Origin: Macrostomum lignano
Taxonomy: Eukaryota
DNA: 64,000 nucleotides
Assembly (NCBI GenBank): GCA_002269645.1
Contig: NIVC01000056.1
Span: 558,001 to 622,000 of the forward strand
Direction: 5' to 3'
Below the pieces are notes generated by a model that saw only the letters and a program-made list of their open reading frames with translations, had not been told where the DNA came from and did not search any database. Shown one piece after another: positions 15,233-27,695 of the stretch (positions within the stretch are counted from its first letter, which is position 1; each line of letters begins with the position of its first letter). A program made the position numbers and the translations under genes.

Positions 15233-15399
15233 GCCCGACTTGTGGTGGTCATCGGATATTACTGAGATCTCTAAGCCGTTCCATTTTTATAGTCATAGTT
15301 GTTCTCCCTGCAGCACTGCTTCAAATACTGTTGCAAATTGTTTTTTTAGCATGCTGAGAGTCTGGTGTGGCCCAGGTTTAAAGGTGTCCTCTGCTTGCC

Positions 15400-15600
15400 G
15401 CTGGGCCAGCCTCCCAGATCCTCACTTGCTGGGCCAGCCTCCCAGATCCTCAGTTGCTGTGCCAGCCTCCCAGATCCTCAGTTGCTGGGCCAGCCTCCCA
15501 GATCCTCAGTTGCTGTGCCAGCCTCCCAGATCCTCAGTTGCTGGGCCAGCCTCCCAGATCCTCAGTTGCTGGGCCAGCCTCCCAGATCCTCAGTTGCTGT
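15400..15600 (+). repeat. Minisatellite family A (28-nt unit), second locus, about 7 copies
   Basis: Same unit and orientation as 1328-2055. Confidence 0.95.
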
Positions 15601-16439
15601 TCCTCCCTCCCATTTTTCTATTTAACCCAGCTGGTTGTCGGTGAGATTAGCACTGTGTATTATTTTAAACTATTTTTACTGTTGATTCAGTGGTCCTTCG
15701 CTCCTTTTGCTGGTGGCACCTCATCGCCAATTATTGTACAGTACACAGCTAACATCATTCTGTTGCCCCCCTGTCCTTTATTGAGACTGCTCTCTGAGGT
15801 AGGTAACAGTATATTTTCATTAACTTCGCATTGTACACTACCGCTTATCCTGCCTATCATTATTGATTCATAATTTGTCTGGCACTTGAGCACTAACTGG
15901 CTAAATTTTACTAGCATTCCTCACTCACTATCTGATTCATTAACTGATCCATAATTGCTGTGTAATTAGGCATGATCATTTATAGATTACTGTATTTTTG
16001 TTTTATCAGTTTGTTTTGTACGCTTTAATGTTGGTCCCTGTCAGCGCCAGAGGAGAATTTCCCTGTAAACTTTTCAGCATAGCAAACCCCCCCTCTATCA
16101 CTGTTTTTCATTTAGGCTTGAAATATTGGCATTCCCTTTATGGTTTAATAAAATAAAGAATCATTGTGAAACTCGATCGGCCACTATTTTATCTGTGTCA
16201 TTTTCATCATATGCGCGTATTTTTTAACTGTCCAAAGCTGTATTTTTTGTACTGTCAGCCCTGTCTGTCTAATTGTGCCTGGCAAATTCAGTAACTGTTA
16301 TTTATTTTTATGAGTTCGTTTTGTCCGCGCTTTTCTTGAAGATCTTTGTGTACCTGATTATTGAGCTGTTAATTTAGTCATTGCTTGCCGATATTCTTCA
16401 TGCCTCTATGCTTATCATCGGCTTTCTGTATTCTGTGTG

Positions 16440-17140
16440 TCCCCCTGCTGTAGCTGAGTCTGTAATGACCCCTGCTGTAGCTGAGTCTGTAATGACCCCT
16501 GCTGTAGCTGAGTCTGTAATGACCCTGCTGTAGCTGAGTCTGTAATGACCCCTGCTGTAGCTGAGTCTGTAATGACCCCTGCTGTAGCTGAGTCTGTAAT
16601 GACCCCTGCTGTAGCTGAGTCTGTAATGACCCCTGCTGTAGCTGAGTCTGTAATGACCCTGCTGTAGCTGAGTCTGTAATGACCCCTGCTGTAGCTGAGT
16701 CTGTAATGACCCCTGCTGTAGCTGAGTCTGTAATGACCCCTGCTGTAGCTGAGTCTGTAATGACCCCTGCTGTAGCTGAGTCTGTAATGACCCCTGCTGT
16801 AGCTGAGTCTGTAATGACCCCTGCTGTAGCTGAGTCTGTAATGACCCTGCTGTAGCTGAGTCTGTAATGACCCCTGCTGTAGCTGAGTATGTAATGACCC
16901 CTGCTGTAGCTGAGTCTGTAATGACCCCTGCTGTAGCTGAGTCTGTAATGACCCCTGCTGTAGCTGTGTCTCTAAGTACCCCTGCTGTAGCTTAGTATGT
17001 AAGGGACAATGACCCATGGTGTAACTGAGTCTGTAAGGGACGATGACACCTGCTGTAGCTGAGTCTGTAAGAGACAATGACCCCGGCTGTAGCTGTCTAT
17101 AAGGGACAATGACCCCTGCTGTAACTGAGTCTGTGAAGGA
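16440..17140 (+). repeat. Minisatellite, 27-nt unit GACCCCTGCTGTAGCTGAGTCTGTAAT
   Basis: Direct tandem repeat, degenerating at the right end. Confidence 0.95.
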
Positions 17141-17777
17141 TGATTGCCCCAAACCTTCGTACTAGCACCATGATCAGTAAGGATACAGCAATGGCTATGT
17201 GAATCTAAGCAATTTATAAAGCTGCAAAGCTATCAGCAATGCATAGCTGTTTAGTTTGTGCACCGTGCTAACTTGGTCCCCTTCAGCTGTGCATCCGCTT
17301 GTATGTGTGCTCGTGTAGAAATATTTATTAATAACTGTTTGCGATTACATATTTCTGTGTTGGCAATATAAAGAAGCACCAAATTAAGCGAAAATAAATA
17401 TCAATATGGTAGGAGAATGATTTGTTATAATATACGTTTTTTCCTGATTCTGGGTGTTCGGCTGTTTTTCTGAACTCAAATCTTCGTCTTATTTGTTTGT
17501 TTCTTTGTATCGCGCTGGCTTCTGTCCAGGGTCTGAAGTCACCTCTGCGCACCTGTAGTGTATCCGATTAGGCTTGCAGAATTTTTTATCTTGTTTAATT
17601 GTTTAGCAATTTTATGGGAGCAATTTTGTTCCAGGGTTTAATCGGCAAATTGGTCATATTTTCTGCTGGGTGAAGAATTTTAAACTTGTCCTGTCCTCTA
17701 CATGAATGCTGTGCACCTTGTGTACCTTTCATCCGTGCTCTTGAGTTTGGTTTGTTGGGTCTTGTGGCCAGCTGTGT

Positions 17778-17950
17778 CTTGTGTGGGTCTAGTGTGGGGT
17801 TTGTGTGGGTCTAGTGTGGGGTTTGTGTGGGTCTAGTGTGGGGTTTGTGTGGGGTTTGTGTGGGTCTAGTGTGGGTCTAGTGTGGGGTTTGTGTGAGTCT
17901 AGTATGGGGTTTGTGTGGGTCTAGTGTGGGGTTTGTGTGGGTCTAGTGTG
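17778..17950 (+). repeat. Minisatellite, 22-nt unit GTGGGTCTAGTGTGGGGTTTGT
   Basis: Direct tandem repeat. Confidence 0.9.
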
Positions 17951-18193
17951 GTTATAGCGTGAGGTTTTTGTTGGTTTAGTGAGTTCTTTGTGAATTTAGC
18001 GGCTGTGTGGGTTATTGGGGTCAGTTTGTCTGGTTTAAAGTCGCTGCTGTGAGTTCGATATGTATGCTTTGTGTTCCAGTTGCCGCACTGCTTCTCCCCA
18101 TGGTTCAAGTGATGCACACAGCACTTTATCTCGCATGATTTCAGCAACCAGTCGAGCCGATAGAATAAACGCGAGTTGCTCCGCTGTGTTGCC

Positions 18194-21100
18194 ATGGCAA
18201 CCAACCAGCACAAGCAGAGTCGGGCCCAATCGCCAATATCCAGGCTGAAGTCGCACCACTCGCGAGCATTCGAGAGCTTGGCGGCCGCGCTCGACTTGGA
18301 CGAGCGCCTGCAGCAGACGGAGGCCTCGGCGGAGCAGCTGCACTCTCTGATCAGTTTGTACCGGAAGGGCGTGGCCGAGCTGGAGCACGGACTGGCCGTC
18401 CGGCCGGACTCGGCCACCAAGGCAGATCCGGCCAAAGCCAGCAAGCTGGCCAGCATCCAGGCCAAGATGAAGGCCAACCTGGCGCAGGCCGGCGAGAGAC
18501 TGGCCACTGCGGAGGCTGGGCTGGAGCGGCTGAGGAAACAGCCGGCGCAGAGTGCGGCCAAGCCCGCGTGAGTGCGCGGGTGTGGGATTGGTGTGGGATT
18601 GGGTATGGGATTTGTGTGGGATTGGGTATGGGGTTTGTGTGGGATTGGGTATGGGATTTGTGTGGGATTGGGTATGGGGTTTGTGTGGGATTGGGTATGG
18701 GATTTGTGTGGGATTGGGTATGGGGTTTGTGTGGGATTGGGTATGGGATTTGTGTGGGATCGGGTGTGGGATTGGTGTGCGGTTTGTGTGGGATTGGGTA
18801 TGGAGTTTGTGTGGGATTGGGTATGGGATTGGTGTGGGATTTGTGTGGGATTGGGTATGGAGTTTGTGTGAGATTGGGTGTGGGATTGGTGTGGGGTTTG
18901 TGTGGGATTGGGTGTGGAATTGGTGTGGGGTTTGTGTGGGATTGGGTATGGGATTTGTGTGGGATTGGGTATGAGGTTTGTGTGGGATTGGGTATGGGAT
19001 CTGTGTGGGATTTTTGTGCGATCAGGTGCTGTGGGAAAGTGTGTATTAAGTGTTGTAATGATAAGGGATATAAAATCTAGGATATTCAAGGTATGGGATA
19101 CACTGAATGTGGGATAGATTGGGTATTGGATAGATAGGGTGTGGGATAGATGGAGTGTGGGATAGATAGGATGTGGGATAGATTGGGTGTGGGATAGATG
19201 GAGTGTGGGTTAGATGGAGTGTGGGTTAGATAGGGTGTGGGATAAATTGGGTGTGGGATAGATGGAGTGTGGGTTAGATAGGGTGTGGGATAGATGGAGT
19301 GTGGGATAGATAGGATGTGGGATAGATTGGGTGTGGGATAGATTGGGTGTGGGATAGATAGGATGTGGGATAGATTGGGTGTGGGATAGATTGGGTGTGG
19401 GATAGATAGGATGTGGGATAGATTGGGTGTGGGATAGATTGGGTGTGGGATAGATAGGATGTGGGATAGATTGGGTGTGGGATAGATTGGGTGTGGAATA
19501 GATGGGTGTGGAATAGATGGGTGTGGGATAGATGGGTGTGGGATAGATGGGTGTGGGATAGATGGGTGTGGGATAGATCAGGTGTGGGATAGATAGGGTG
19601 TGGAATAGATGGGTGTGGGATAGATGGGTGTGGGATAGGCTAAATACCATGCATCATAAGCCGGCCTACTGCATGAAAAGCCCCCAGTAGCCGCAGCCCC
19701 TCCTCCGCCTTCGCCAGCCGCGCCACCCGGAAGCAGCAGCCGCACAAGCCGCCGGCAGCAGCGCGAGCAGCTCCGGTCTCCTCCTTGGCGGCCGAGCTGA
19801 AAGGCGTGGACCCGGGCCTGGCCAACTCAATCCTGAACGAAGTGCTGGACAGATCGCCCGGCGTCGGCTTCGACGATGTCGTCGGCAACGAGGCGGCCAA
19901 GCAGGCGCTGCGGGAGGCCACGGTGCTGCCCAGCCTGCGGCCCGACCTGTTCGGCGGCCTGCGCCAGCCGGCCAGGGCGGTGCTGCTGTTCGGACCGCCT
20001 GGCAACGGCAAAACCCTACTGGCCAAGGCTGTGGCCACGGAGGCCGGCGGCGTGTTCTTCAACATCTCGGCCGGCTCGCTGATGTCCAAGTGGGTTGGCG
20101 AGGCCGAGAAGCTGGTGCGGGCCCTGTTCGCCCTGGCGAGGCAGCTGGCGCCCGCTGTGATCTTTATCGACGAAGTCGACTCCATACTGAGCGTTCGCGG
20201 TGACAAGGTGAGGATTAATTGCAGGAATCGCCCCTCAACCCTACACAGAATCGCCCCCCAATCCCACAGGAAATCGCCCCTCAACCTCACAGAGTATCGC
20301 CCCAATCCCACAAAGAATCGCCCCTCAACTCTACAAACAATCGCCTCTCAATCGCCCCTCAAGCCCACAAAGAATGCCCCCTCAACCCCACAAGAATCGC
20401 CCTCAACCCCACAAAGAATCGCCCCTCAACCCCACAAAGAATCGCCCCTCAACCCCACAAAGAATCGCCCCTCAACCCCACAAAGAATCGCCCCAATCCC
20501 ACAAAGAATCGCCCCTCAACTCTACAAACAATCGCCTCTCAATCGCCCCTCAAGCCCACAAAGAATGCCCCCTCAACACCGCGAAGAATCGCCCCTCAAC
20601 ACCGCGAAGAATCGCCCCTCAACCCCACAGAGAATCGCCCCTCAACCCCACAAAGAATCGCCCCTCAACCCCACAAAGAATCGCCCCTCAACCCCACAAA
20701 GAATCGCCCCTCAATCCCACAAACAATCGCCTCTCAATCGCCCCTCAAGCCCACAAAGAATGCCCCCTCAACACCGCGAAGAATCGCCCCTCAACCCCGC
20801 GAAGAATCGCCCCTCAACCCCACAGAGAATCGCCCCTCAACCCCGCGAAGAATCGCCCCGAGTTCACCGAAGCCTACTGCATTCCAGGAAACCGAGGTGT
20901 CCCGTCGCCTGAAGACGCAATTCCTCGTCGAACTGGACGGTGTCCGAGCCGCCGACGACGACAGCTCGGACGCCGGTGGCAAGCGGAAAGGCAGCGGCGG
21001 CATCTTCCTTCTGGCGGCCACGAACCGGCCGGCCGAGATTGACCCGGCCGTTGTCCGTCGATTCGGCCGCCGGCTGTACATCGGCATGCCGGACAGCCGG

Positions 21101-21433
21101 TGCCGGCTGAACCTCCTGAGCTGCCTTCTGGCCAAGCACGATTCCGTTGACGTGTCCGAAGCTGAGCTGCGCGAGCTGGCCGAGCTCACCGACGGCTACT
21201 CGGCCAGCGACCTGGCCAACCTGGCCCGTGAAGCCGCCATGGAGCCGCTGCGGCAGATCCGACCGGATCGCCTAGCAACTGTTGCTAAGGCCGCCGTCCG
21301 GCCGTTGAGGGGTGAGGATTTACGAAACTGCCTGGCCAGGGTGCGGCCGAGCGTGCCGCCCGAGAGTCTGGCCGAGCTGCTGGACTGGAGCGAGAAGTAC
21401 GGCTCGGACGGTGGGCCTCTTAACTGGCTGTAG
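18194..21433 (+). CDS. SPAST: Spastin (MIT domain plus AAA ATPase), 3 exons
   Basis: Exons 18194-18567, 19688-20207, 20888-21433 join in frame. MIT: [31 protein letters not shown]: [99 protein letters not shown]. Confidence 0.93.
18580..19640 (+). repeat. Two abutting G-rich minisatellites in SPAST intron 1: ~23-nt TGTGGGATTGGGTATGGGATTTG (18580-19010) and ~15-nt TGTGGGATAGATGGG (19090-19640)
   Basis: Seen directly. Confidence 0.9.
20225..20860 (+). repeat. Minisatellite, 23-nt unit AAGAATCGCCCCTCAACCCCACA, SPAST intron 2
   Basis: Direct tandem repeat inside intron 20208-20887. Confidence 0.9.
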
Positions 21434-21610
21434 CCTGGCAACCGCGTCCCCATGCTCTTTGTGGGTGCTCTGAGTTCCATTCCGTTCGTTCTAGTTGGTC
21501 ACGCTTAATTGCTTCATTGATTCTCAATATTTTGATGGATAGATGCTTTTAGGGTTGATTGTCTCAGGGTGAGATTCACTAGTAATGGGTTTTCTCATGG
21601 TGAGATTCTT

Positions 21611-22496
21611 ACTTACTTACTTACTACTGACGGGGGGCGCAGGCGCCGCGAATAGGCCGCGAGGCCCCTATCGCAACCCCAAGGTAAAAGAGCACAAGGA
21701 TTAGCCTTGGGGGTGCGCCCAGTCCCCGCCAGTAGTCGGCAGGTCCGCAGTGGAGGCATCGGCGACCCTCATCCGGCCGGAGTCCCGGACGAAGGCGCGG
21801 AGGTCTCGGATATTGTCCGCGGTGGTCAGCTCGTCCATCCGCTGGGGGTGGCCGAGGTATTTGTGCCGCGCCTTGTTGAAGTAAGGGCAGAAGGTGACGT
21901 GATGCTCCGCGGTCTCCTCTCCTATGCCACAGAAGGGACAGGTGGGAGGGCAACCGGTTTGCAACGATATATGTCTCTGGAAGAATCCGTGGCCGGTTAG
22001 GACCATGCACATCTCCCTGAGGTCGGTTCTGTTAAGCGAAATCAGATAATCAGAGACTTTCCTGTTCAGGTTAGGCATGGCAGAGCGGCTCTGCCTGTAC
22101 TCGGTGCAGCTGTTCCAGTGGAGCTGGTGCTGCTGATGGAGCCACCTGTTGATATGGCGGGTGACTTGCGACCTGGGGGTGGGTAGCCTCATCAGACGGT
22201 GGTTGCCGTCTGGGTTGCTGCCCTCCTTGGCGAGAGAGTCTGCGAGCTCGTTGCCCAGGATGTTGCTGTGACCAGGTGTCCAGATAATTCTAATCCTGTT
22301 AAGGACTGAGAGAGATTGCACACTGCGGTGGCATTGAGATACTGTAGCAGCGGAGATATTCTCAGTGGTTAAGGCCTTAATAGCAGCTTGGCTATCAGTG
22401 TAGAAATTAATGTCAAAATTATTAATGTTCGCCTGAAACAGTTGCTGGGCACACTGCTCGATGGCGCAAATTTCAGCTTGGAAAACTGAGGTGTTC
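21611..22496 (-). mobile_element. 5'-truncated non-LTR retrotransposon (I/LOA/R1-group like) with RNase H and C-terminal CCHC region
   Basis: Open frame 22495->21701: [42 protein letters not shown] (RNase H), [24 protein letters not shown]; (GTAA)n 3' tail near 21611-21624; identical 42-bp flanks at 21569-21610 and 22502-22543. Confidence 0.9.
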
Positions 22497-22544
22497 TACT
22501 AGTGAGATTCACTAGTAATGGGTTTTCTCATGGTGAGATTCTTT

Positions 22545-23535
22545 AGAAATGTGTTTCTCCAGGTGATATTCTTTATTGGATGGTTTCCTCGGGGTGAGAT
22601 TCTTCAAGTAGTTATTTTCTCAGGGTGAGATTCTTCAAGTAATGGTTTTCTCAGGGTGAGATTCTTCAAGTAATGGTTTTCTCAGGGTGAGATTCTTCAA
22701 GTAATGGTTTTCTCAGGGTGAGATTCTTCAAGTAATGGTTTTCTCAGGGTGAGATTCTTTATGGGATGTTTTCCTCAGGGTGAGATTCTTTATGGGATGT
22801 TTTCCTCAGGGTGAGATTCTTTATGGGATGTTTTCCTCAGGGTGAGATTCTTTATGGGATGTTTTCCTCAGGGTGAGATTCTTTATGGGATGTTTTCCTC
22901 AGGGTGAGATTCTTTATGGGATGTTTTCCTCAGGGTGAGATTCTTTATGGGATGTTTTCCTCAGGGTGAGATTCTTTATGGGATGTTTTCCTCAGGGTGA
23001 GATTCTTTATGGGATGTTTTCCTCAGGGTGAGATTCTTTATGGGATGTTTTCCTCAGGGTGAGATTCTTTATGGGATGTTTTCCTCAGGGTGAGATTCTT
23101 TATGGGATGTTTTCCTCAGGGTGAGATTCTTTAAATGATGGTTTGCTCAGGGTGAGATTCTTTAAATGATGGTTTTCTCAGGGTGAGATTCTTTAAATTA
23201 TGGTTTTCTCAGGGTGAGATTCTTTAAATGATGGTTTTCTCAGGGTGAGATTCTTTAAATTATGGTTTTCTCAGGGTGAGATTCTTTAAATGATGGTTTT
23301 CTCAGGGTGAGATTCTTTAAATGATGGTTTTCTCAGGGTGAGATTCTTTAAATGATGGTTTTCTCAGGGTGAGATTCTTTAAATGATGGTTTTCTCAGGG
23401 TGAGATTCTTTAAATGATGGTTTTCTCAGGGTGAGATTCTTTAAATGATGGTTTTCTCAGGGTGAGATTCTTTAAATGATGGTTTTCTCAGGGTGAGATT
23501 CTTTAAATGATGGTTTCCTCAGAGTGAGATTCTTA
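22545..23535 (+). repeat. Minisatellite, 31-nt unit GGGTGAGATTCTTTAAATGATGGTTTTCTCA, in three variant blocks
   Basis: Blocks with CAAGTAAT, TATGGGATGTTTTCC and TAAATGAT variants in succession. Confidence 0.95.
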
Positions 23536-24084
23536 GGATCTTCCCGGTGGATACGCGAGACTGAGACTCCCTGCGAGTGTCCATCACAGGGGTGAAAAGT
23601 TCAACGTAAAAAGTTCTCTCCTACACAATTAACCTACTTTCATTCAAGATTTCCTTTCATCGCCTACCAAATTTCCTGAGAGACTGGTTTTCCGTTTCAA
23701 TTTTTGAATGCAATTGTTCTTGCTTAATTGAGTTTTATGCAGCATTTTGGACGCTGGTTTCCCCGTTCTCTTGTTCCCTGGTCTTCGCGGGACTAATTAA
23801 CAAGGTTTCCTGCTTTTAGACAGGTGCGAAAATTTATTAAAATTAATTTCCTACGATATATAAATTAAATTATCCCGCTTCACTTCTGCTGATGGAGACT
23901 CCAGATAATGGAAGTCCCCAGAGACTGTTTAATCTCTAAATCCTTTTGATTTGTTAGTTCTGCGCCTCAGGCGCCCATCCAGGACTTTGCAATCGAATTT
24001 GTTGACTTGCTTCCTGTGCGAGAACCCCGTACTTCTCGTACTTTGTAACTCTTTGCGCCTCCTGCACTTGCTTTTGCCACCCTT

Positions 24085-24600
24085 AGTTTGGTCCTTCGGT
24101 GGTCCTCTGCCGCCCCCAGTTTGGGTCCTTCGGTGGTCCTCTGCCGCCCCCAGTTTGGGTCCTTCGGTGGTCCTCTGCCGCCCCCAGTTTGGGTCCTTCG
24201 GTGGTCCTCTGTCATCCTCAGTTTGGTCCTTCGGTGTTCCTCTGCCATCCTCAGTTTGGTCCTTCGGTGGTCCTCTGCCGCCCCCAGTTTGGGTCCTTCG
24301 GTGGTCCTCTGCCGCCCCCAGTTTGGGTCCTTCGGTGGTCCTCTGCCGCCCCCAGTTTGGGTCCTTCGGTGGTCCTCTGCCATCCTCAGTTGGGTCCTTC
24401 GGTGGTCCTCTGCCGCCCCCAGTTTGGGTCCTTCGGTGGTCCTCTGCCGCCCCCAGTTTGGGTCCTTCGGTGGTCCTCTGTCATCCTCAGTTTGGTCCTT
24501 CGGTGGTCCTCTGCCGCCCCCAGTTTGGGTCCTTCGGTGGTCCTCTGTCATCCTCAGTTTGGTCCTTCGGTGGTCCTCTGCCGCCCCCAGTTTGGGTCCT
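24085..24600 (+). repeat. Minisatellite, 33-34 nt unit GTCCTTCGGTGGTCCTCTGCCGCCCCCAGTTTGG
   Basis: Direct tandem repeat. Confidence 0.95.
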
Positions 24601-24921
24601 TCCTTGAAATTGAGTTCTCTAAATCTTGTCTGACACACTGACAGATATAATTTTTTGCAATGAAAATACGCCAGTAATTTCCCGAGTATTTTTGCACTTT
24701 GCATCAAATCGAAAAAAATTATTTGGATTTTTACCTGCTTTTCTATTGTGTAATGCGCGCTTCAACTGTGTAGTTAACTAAGATGTTCACCTGTGGGTTG
24801 GTCTGTAAATTCAATGTGTCTTTAAAAATACACTGAGATTTGTGCATCTGTGTCTGTTCACTGGCTTTCATTGGCTAATAATTATGCTGATTACTATTCG
24901 CCAATCTTCTTCACTGCAATT

Positions 24922-25315
24922 TGTATTTGATGATTAGCCATGGTGCCTGGGTAAGCTGTTTTTGATGATTAGCCATGGTGCCTGGGTAAGCTGTATTTGA
25001 TGATTAGCCATGGTGCCTGGGTAAGCTGTTTTTGATGATAGCCATGGTGCCTGGGTAAGCTGTATTTGATGATTAGCCATGGTGCCTGGGTAAGCTGTTT
25101 TTGATGATTAGCCATGGTGCCTGGGTAAGCTGTATTTGATGATTAGCCATGGTGCCTGGGTAAGCTGTATTTGATGATTAGCCATGGTGCCTGGGTAAGC
25201 TGTTTTTGATGATTAGCCATGGTGCCTGGGTAAGCTGTTTTTGATGATTAGCCATGGTGCCTGGGTAAGCTGTTTTTGATGATTAGCCATGGTGCCTGGG
25301 TAAGCTGTTTTTGAT
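24922..25315 (+). repeat. Minisatellite, 35-nt unit GATGATTAGCCATGGTGCCTGGGTAAGCTGTATTT
   Basis: Direct tandem repeat. Confidence 0.95.
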
Positions 25316-25334
25316 TAGGCCAATTTTTTATGAG

Positions 25335-26285
25335 ACTGAGGTTGGTGAAGCTGTACTTCTATACCTGATGAACTGAAGCTGAGTTTGATGAAGCTGTACT
25401 TCTATACCTGATGAACTGAAGCTGAGGTTGATGAAGCTGTACTTCTATACCTGATGAACTGAAGCTGAGGTTGGTGAAGCTGTACTTCTATACCTGATGA
25501 GCAGAAGCTGAAGTTGGTGAAGCTGTACTTCTATACCTGATGAACTGAAGCTGAGTTTGATGAAGCTGTACTTCTATACCTGATGAACTGAAGCTGAGGT
25601 TAGTGAAGCTGTACTTCTATACCTGATGAACTGAAGCTGAGGTTGGTGAAGCTGTACTTCTATACCTGATGAACTGAAGCTGAGCTTGATGAAGCTGTAC
25701 TTCTATACCTGATGAACTGAAGCTGAGCTTGATGAAGCTGTACTTCTATACCTGATGAACTGAAGCTGAGCTTGATGAAGCTGTACTTCTATACCTGATG
25801 AACTGAAGCTGAGCTTGATGAAGCTGTACTTCTATACCTGATGAACTGAAGCTGAGCTTGATGAAGCTGTACTTCTATACCTGATGAACTGAAGCTGAGC
25901 TTGATGAAGCTGTACTTCTATACCTGATGAACTGAAGCTGAGCTTGATGAAGCTGTACTTCTATACCTGATGAGCCAAAGCTGAGCTTGATGTACCTGTA
26001 CTTCTATACCTGATGAGCCAAAGCTGAGCTTGATGTACCTGTACTTCTATACCTGATGAGCCAAAGCTGAGCTTGATGTACCTGTACTTCTATACCTGAT
26101 GAACAGAAGCTGAGGTTGGTGAAGCTGTACTTCTATACCTGATGAACTGAAGCTGAGGTTGGTGAAGCTGTACTTCTATACCTGAAAAACTGAAGCTGAG
26201 GCTGATGGAGCTGTACTTCTATACCTGAGGAGCAGAAGCTGAGGCTGATGGAGCTGTACCTGCTGAGGCTGATGGAGCTGAGGTA
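25335..26285 (+). repeat. Minisatellite, 43-nt unit GAAGCTGTACTTCTATACCTGATGAACTGAAGCTGAGGTTGGT
   Basis: Direct tandem repeat with internal variant runs. Confidence 0.95.
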
Positions 26286-26634
26286 CCTATTATTTTAGAT
26301 CCGGGAATTCTTTCAAGCAGCTATTTTTATCCGTAGGTCTCGCAGCTCACACCGTCTACCTTGCTGGGCTTGAGGCCGTGAATACTGCCCTCAGACCGCT
26401 ACAGCCCCTTCTGTGCTTGCAGCTGATGTACAGCATTTTTGCTGCTCGATTCTTTTCGCAGTTCCGTCTCCGCAGCATCACTGGTTCGGAGACTGCCGGA
26501 TGTAGCCACTTCTCCATTCGGGGCCCGAAATGTCGCGAACTGTCTGTGTGGCAGAAGTATCGATTTCGGCCTTCCCGCCTTTGCCGCCTGTCTGGTGCCG
26601 AGACTTTCTTTGCTGGCGCTAGTTATTCAGCCTT

Positions 26635-27085
26635 GCTAGATTAGCAATCCATTCTATTATATTCATATTGGCTAGATTAGCAATCCATTCTATTCTGTTC
26701 ATATTGGCTAGATTAGCAATCCATTCTATTATATTCATATTGGCTAGATTAGCAATCCATTCTATTCTGTTCATATTGGCTAGATTAGCAATCCATTATA
26801 TTATATTCATATTGGCTAGATTAGCGATCCATTCTATTCTGTTCATATAGGCTAGATTAGCGATCCATTCTATTCTGTTCATATAGGCTAGATTAGCTAT
26901 CCATTCTATTCTGTTCATATTGGCTAGATTAGCAATCCATTCTATAATATTCATATTGGCTAGATTAGCAATCCATTCTATTCTGTTCATATTGGCTAGA
27001 TTAGCAATCCATTCTATTCTGTTCATATTGGCTAGATTAGCAATCCATTCTATTCTGTTCATATTAGCTAGATTAGCAATCCATT
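26635..27085 (+). repeat. Minisatellite, 36-nt unit GCTAGATTAGCAATCCATTCTATTCTGTTCATATTG
   Basis: Direct tandem repeat. Confidence 0.95.
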
Positions 27086-27524
27086 TAATTCCTACAGACA
27101 TGACTGAACAGATTAGCAATCGATTTTATCTTGTCTCATCTTGACAGTTGCAGTAAATCTCTCTAGCATGCCGAGTTGTCAACAGAGTTTTCGTTCTCGA
27201 TTCATCGCTCTTAACTGACCGCCTTTGTCTGCTGCAGGATTTTGGCAAAATCAATATCCAGTTTATCACGAAATCGCGCGCTGAAACGCCTGTTTATCCG
27301 CGGCTCAGACATTTGCAGTGAAATCCGGATCTCGCCTTAAAATTGTCTTCAATCCGAGCTCCTGTGATTTTGCTTACTGCCAAAGGCCAAGCATTTCCAG
27401 TTTCTGTTAATTTCCTTGCAATTGTCTTGTGATGAGCAAAATATACTTAAGAATTAATTAGTAGTTCAGGGCTTTGGGTAAATTCTTATCTGAGGTGGGA
27501 AATTGTCTCAGCAATCACCTTTTA

Positions 27525-27695
27525 TGAGTGCCTGCGGCGCTAAAATGAGTGCCTGTGGCGCCAAATCGAATGCCTGCGGCGCTAAAATGAATGCCTGCGG
27601 AGCTAAAATGAATGCGTGCGGCGCTAAAGTGAATGCGTGCGGCGCTAAAATGAATGCCTGCAGCGCTAAAATGAGTGCCTGCGGCGCCAAAATGA
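27525..27695 (+). repeat. Minisatellite, 21-nt unit GCCTGCGGCGCTAAAATGAAT
   Basis: Direct tandem repeat, about 8 copies. Confidence 0.9.

Noticed and set aside
25335-26285. CTGATGA in every 43-nt unit suggesting tandem hammerhead ribozymes
   Set aside because: No GAAA box follows (GAAG instead) and no stem II or stem I/III pairing can be drawn
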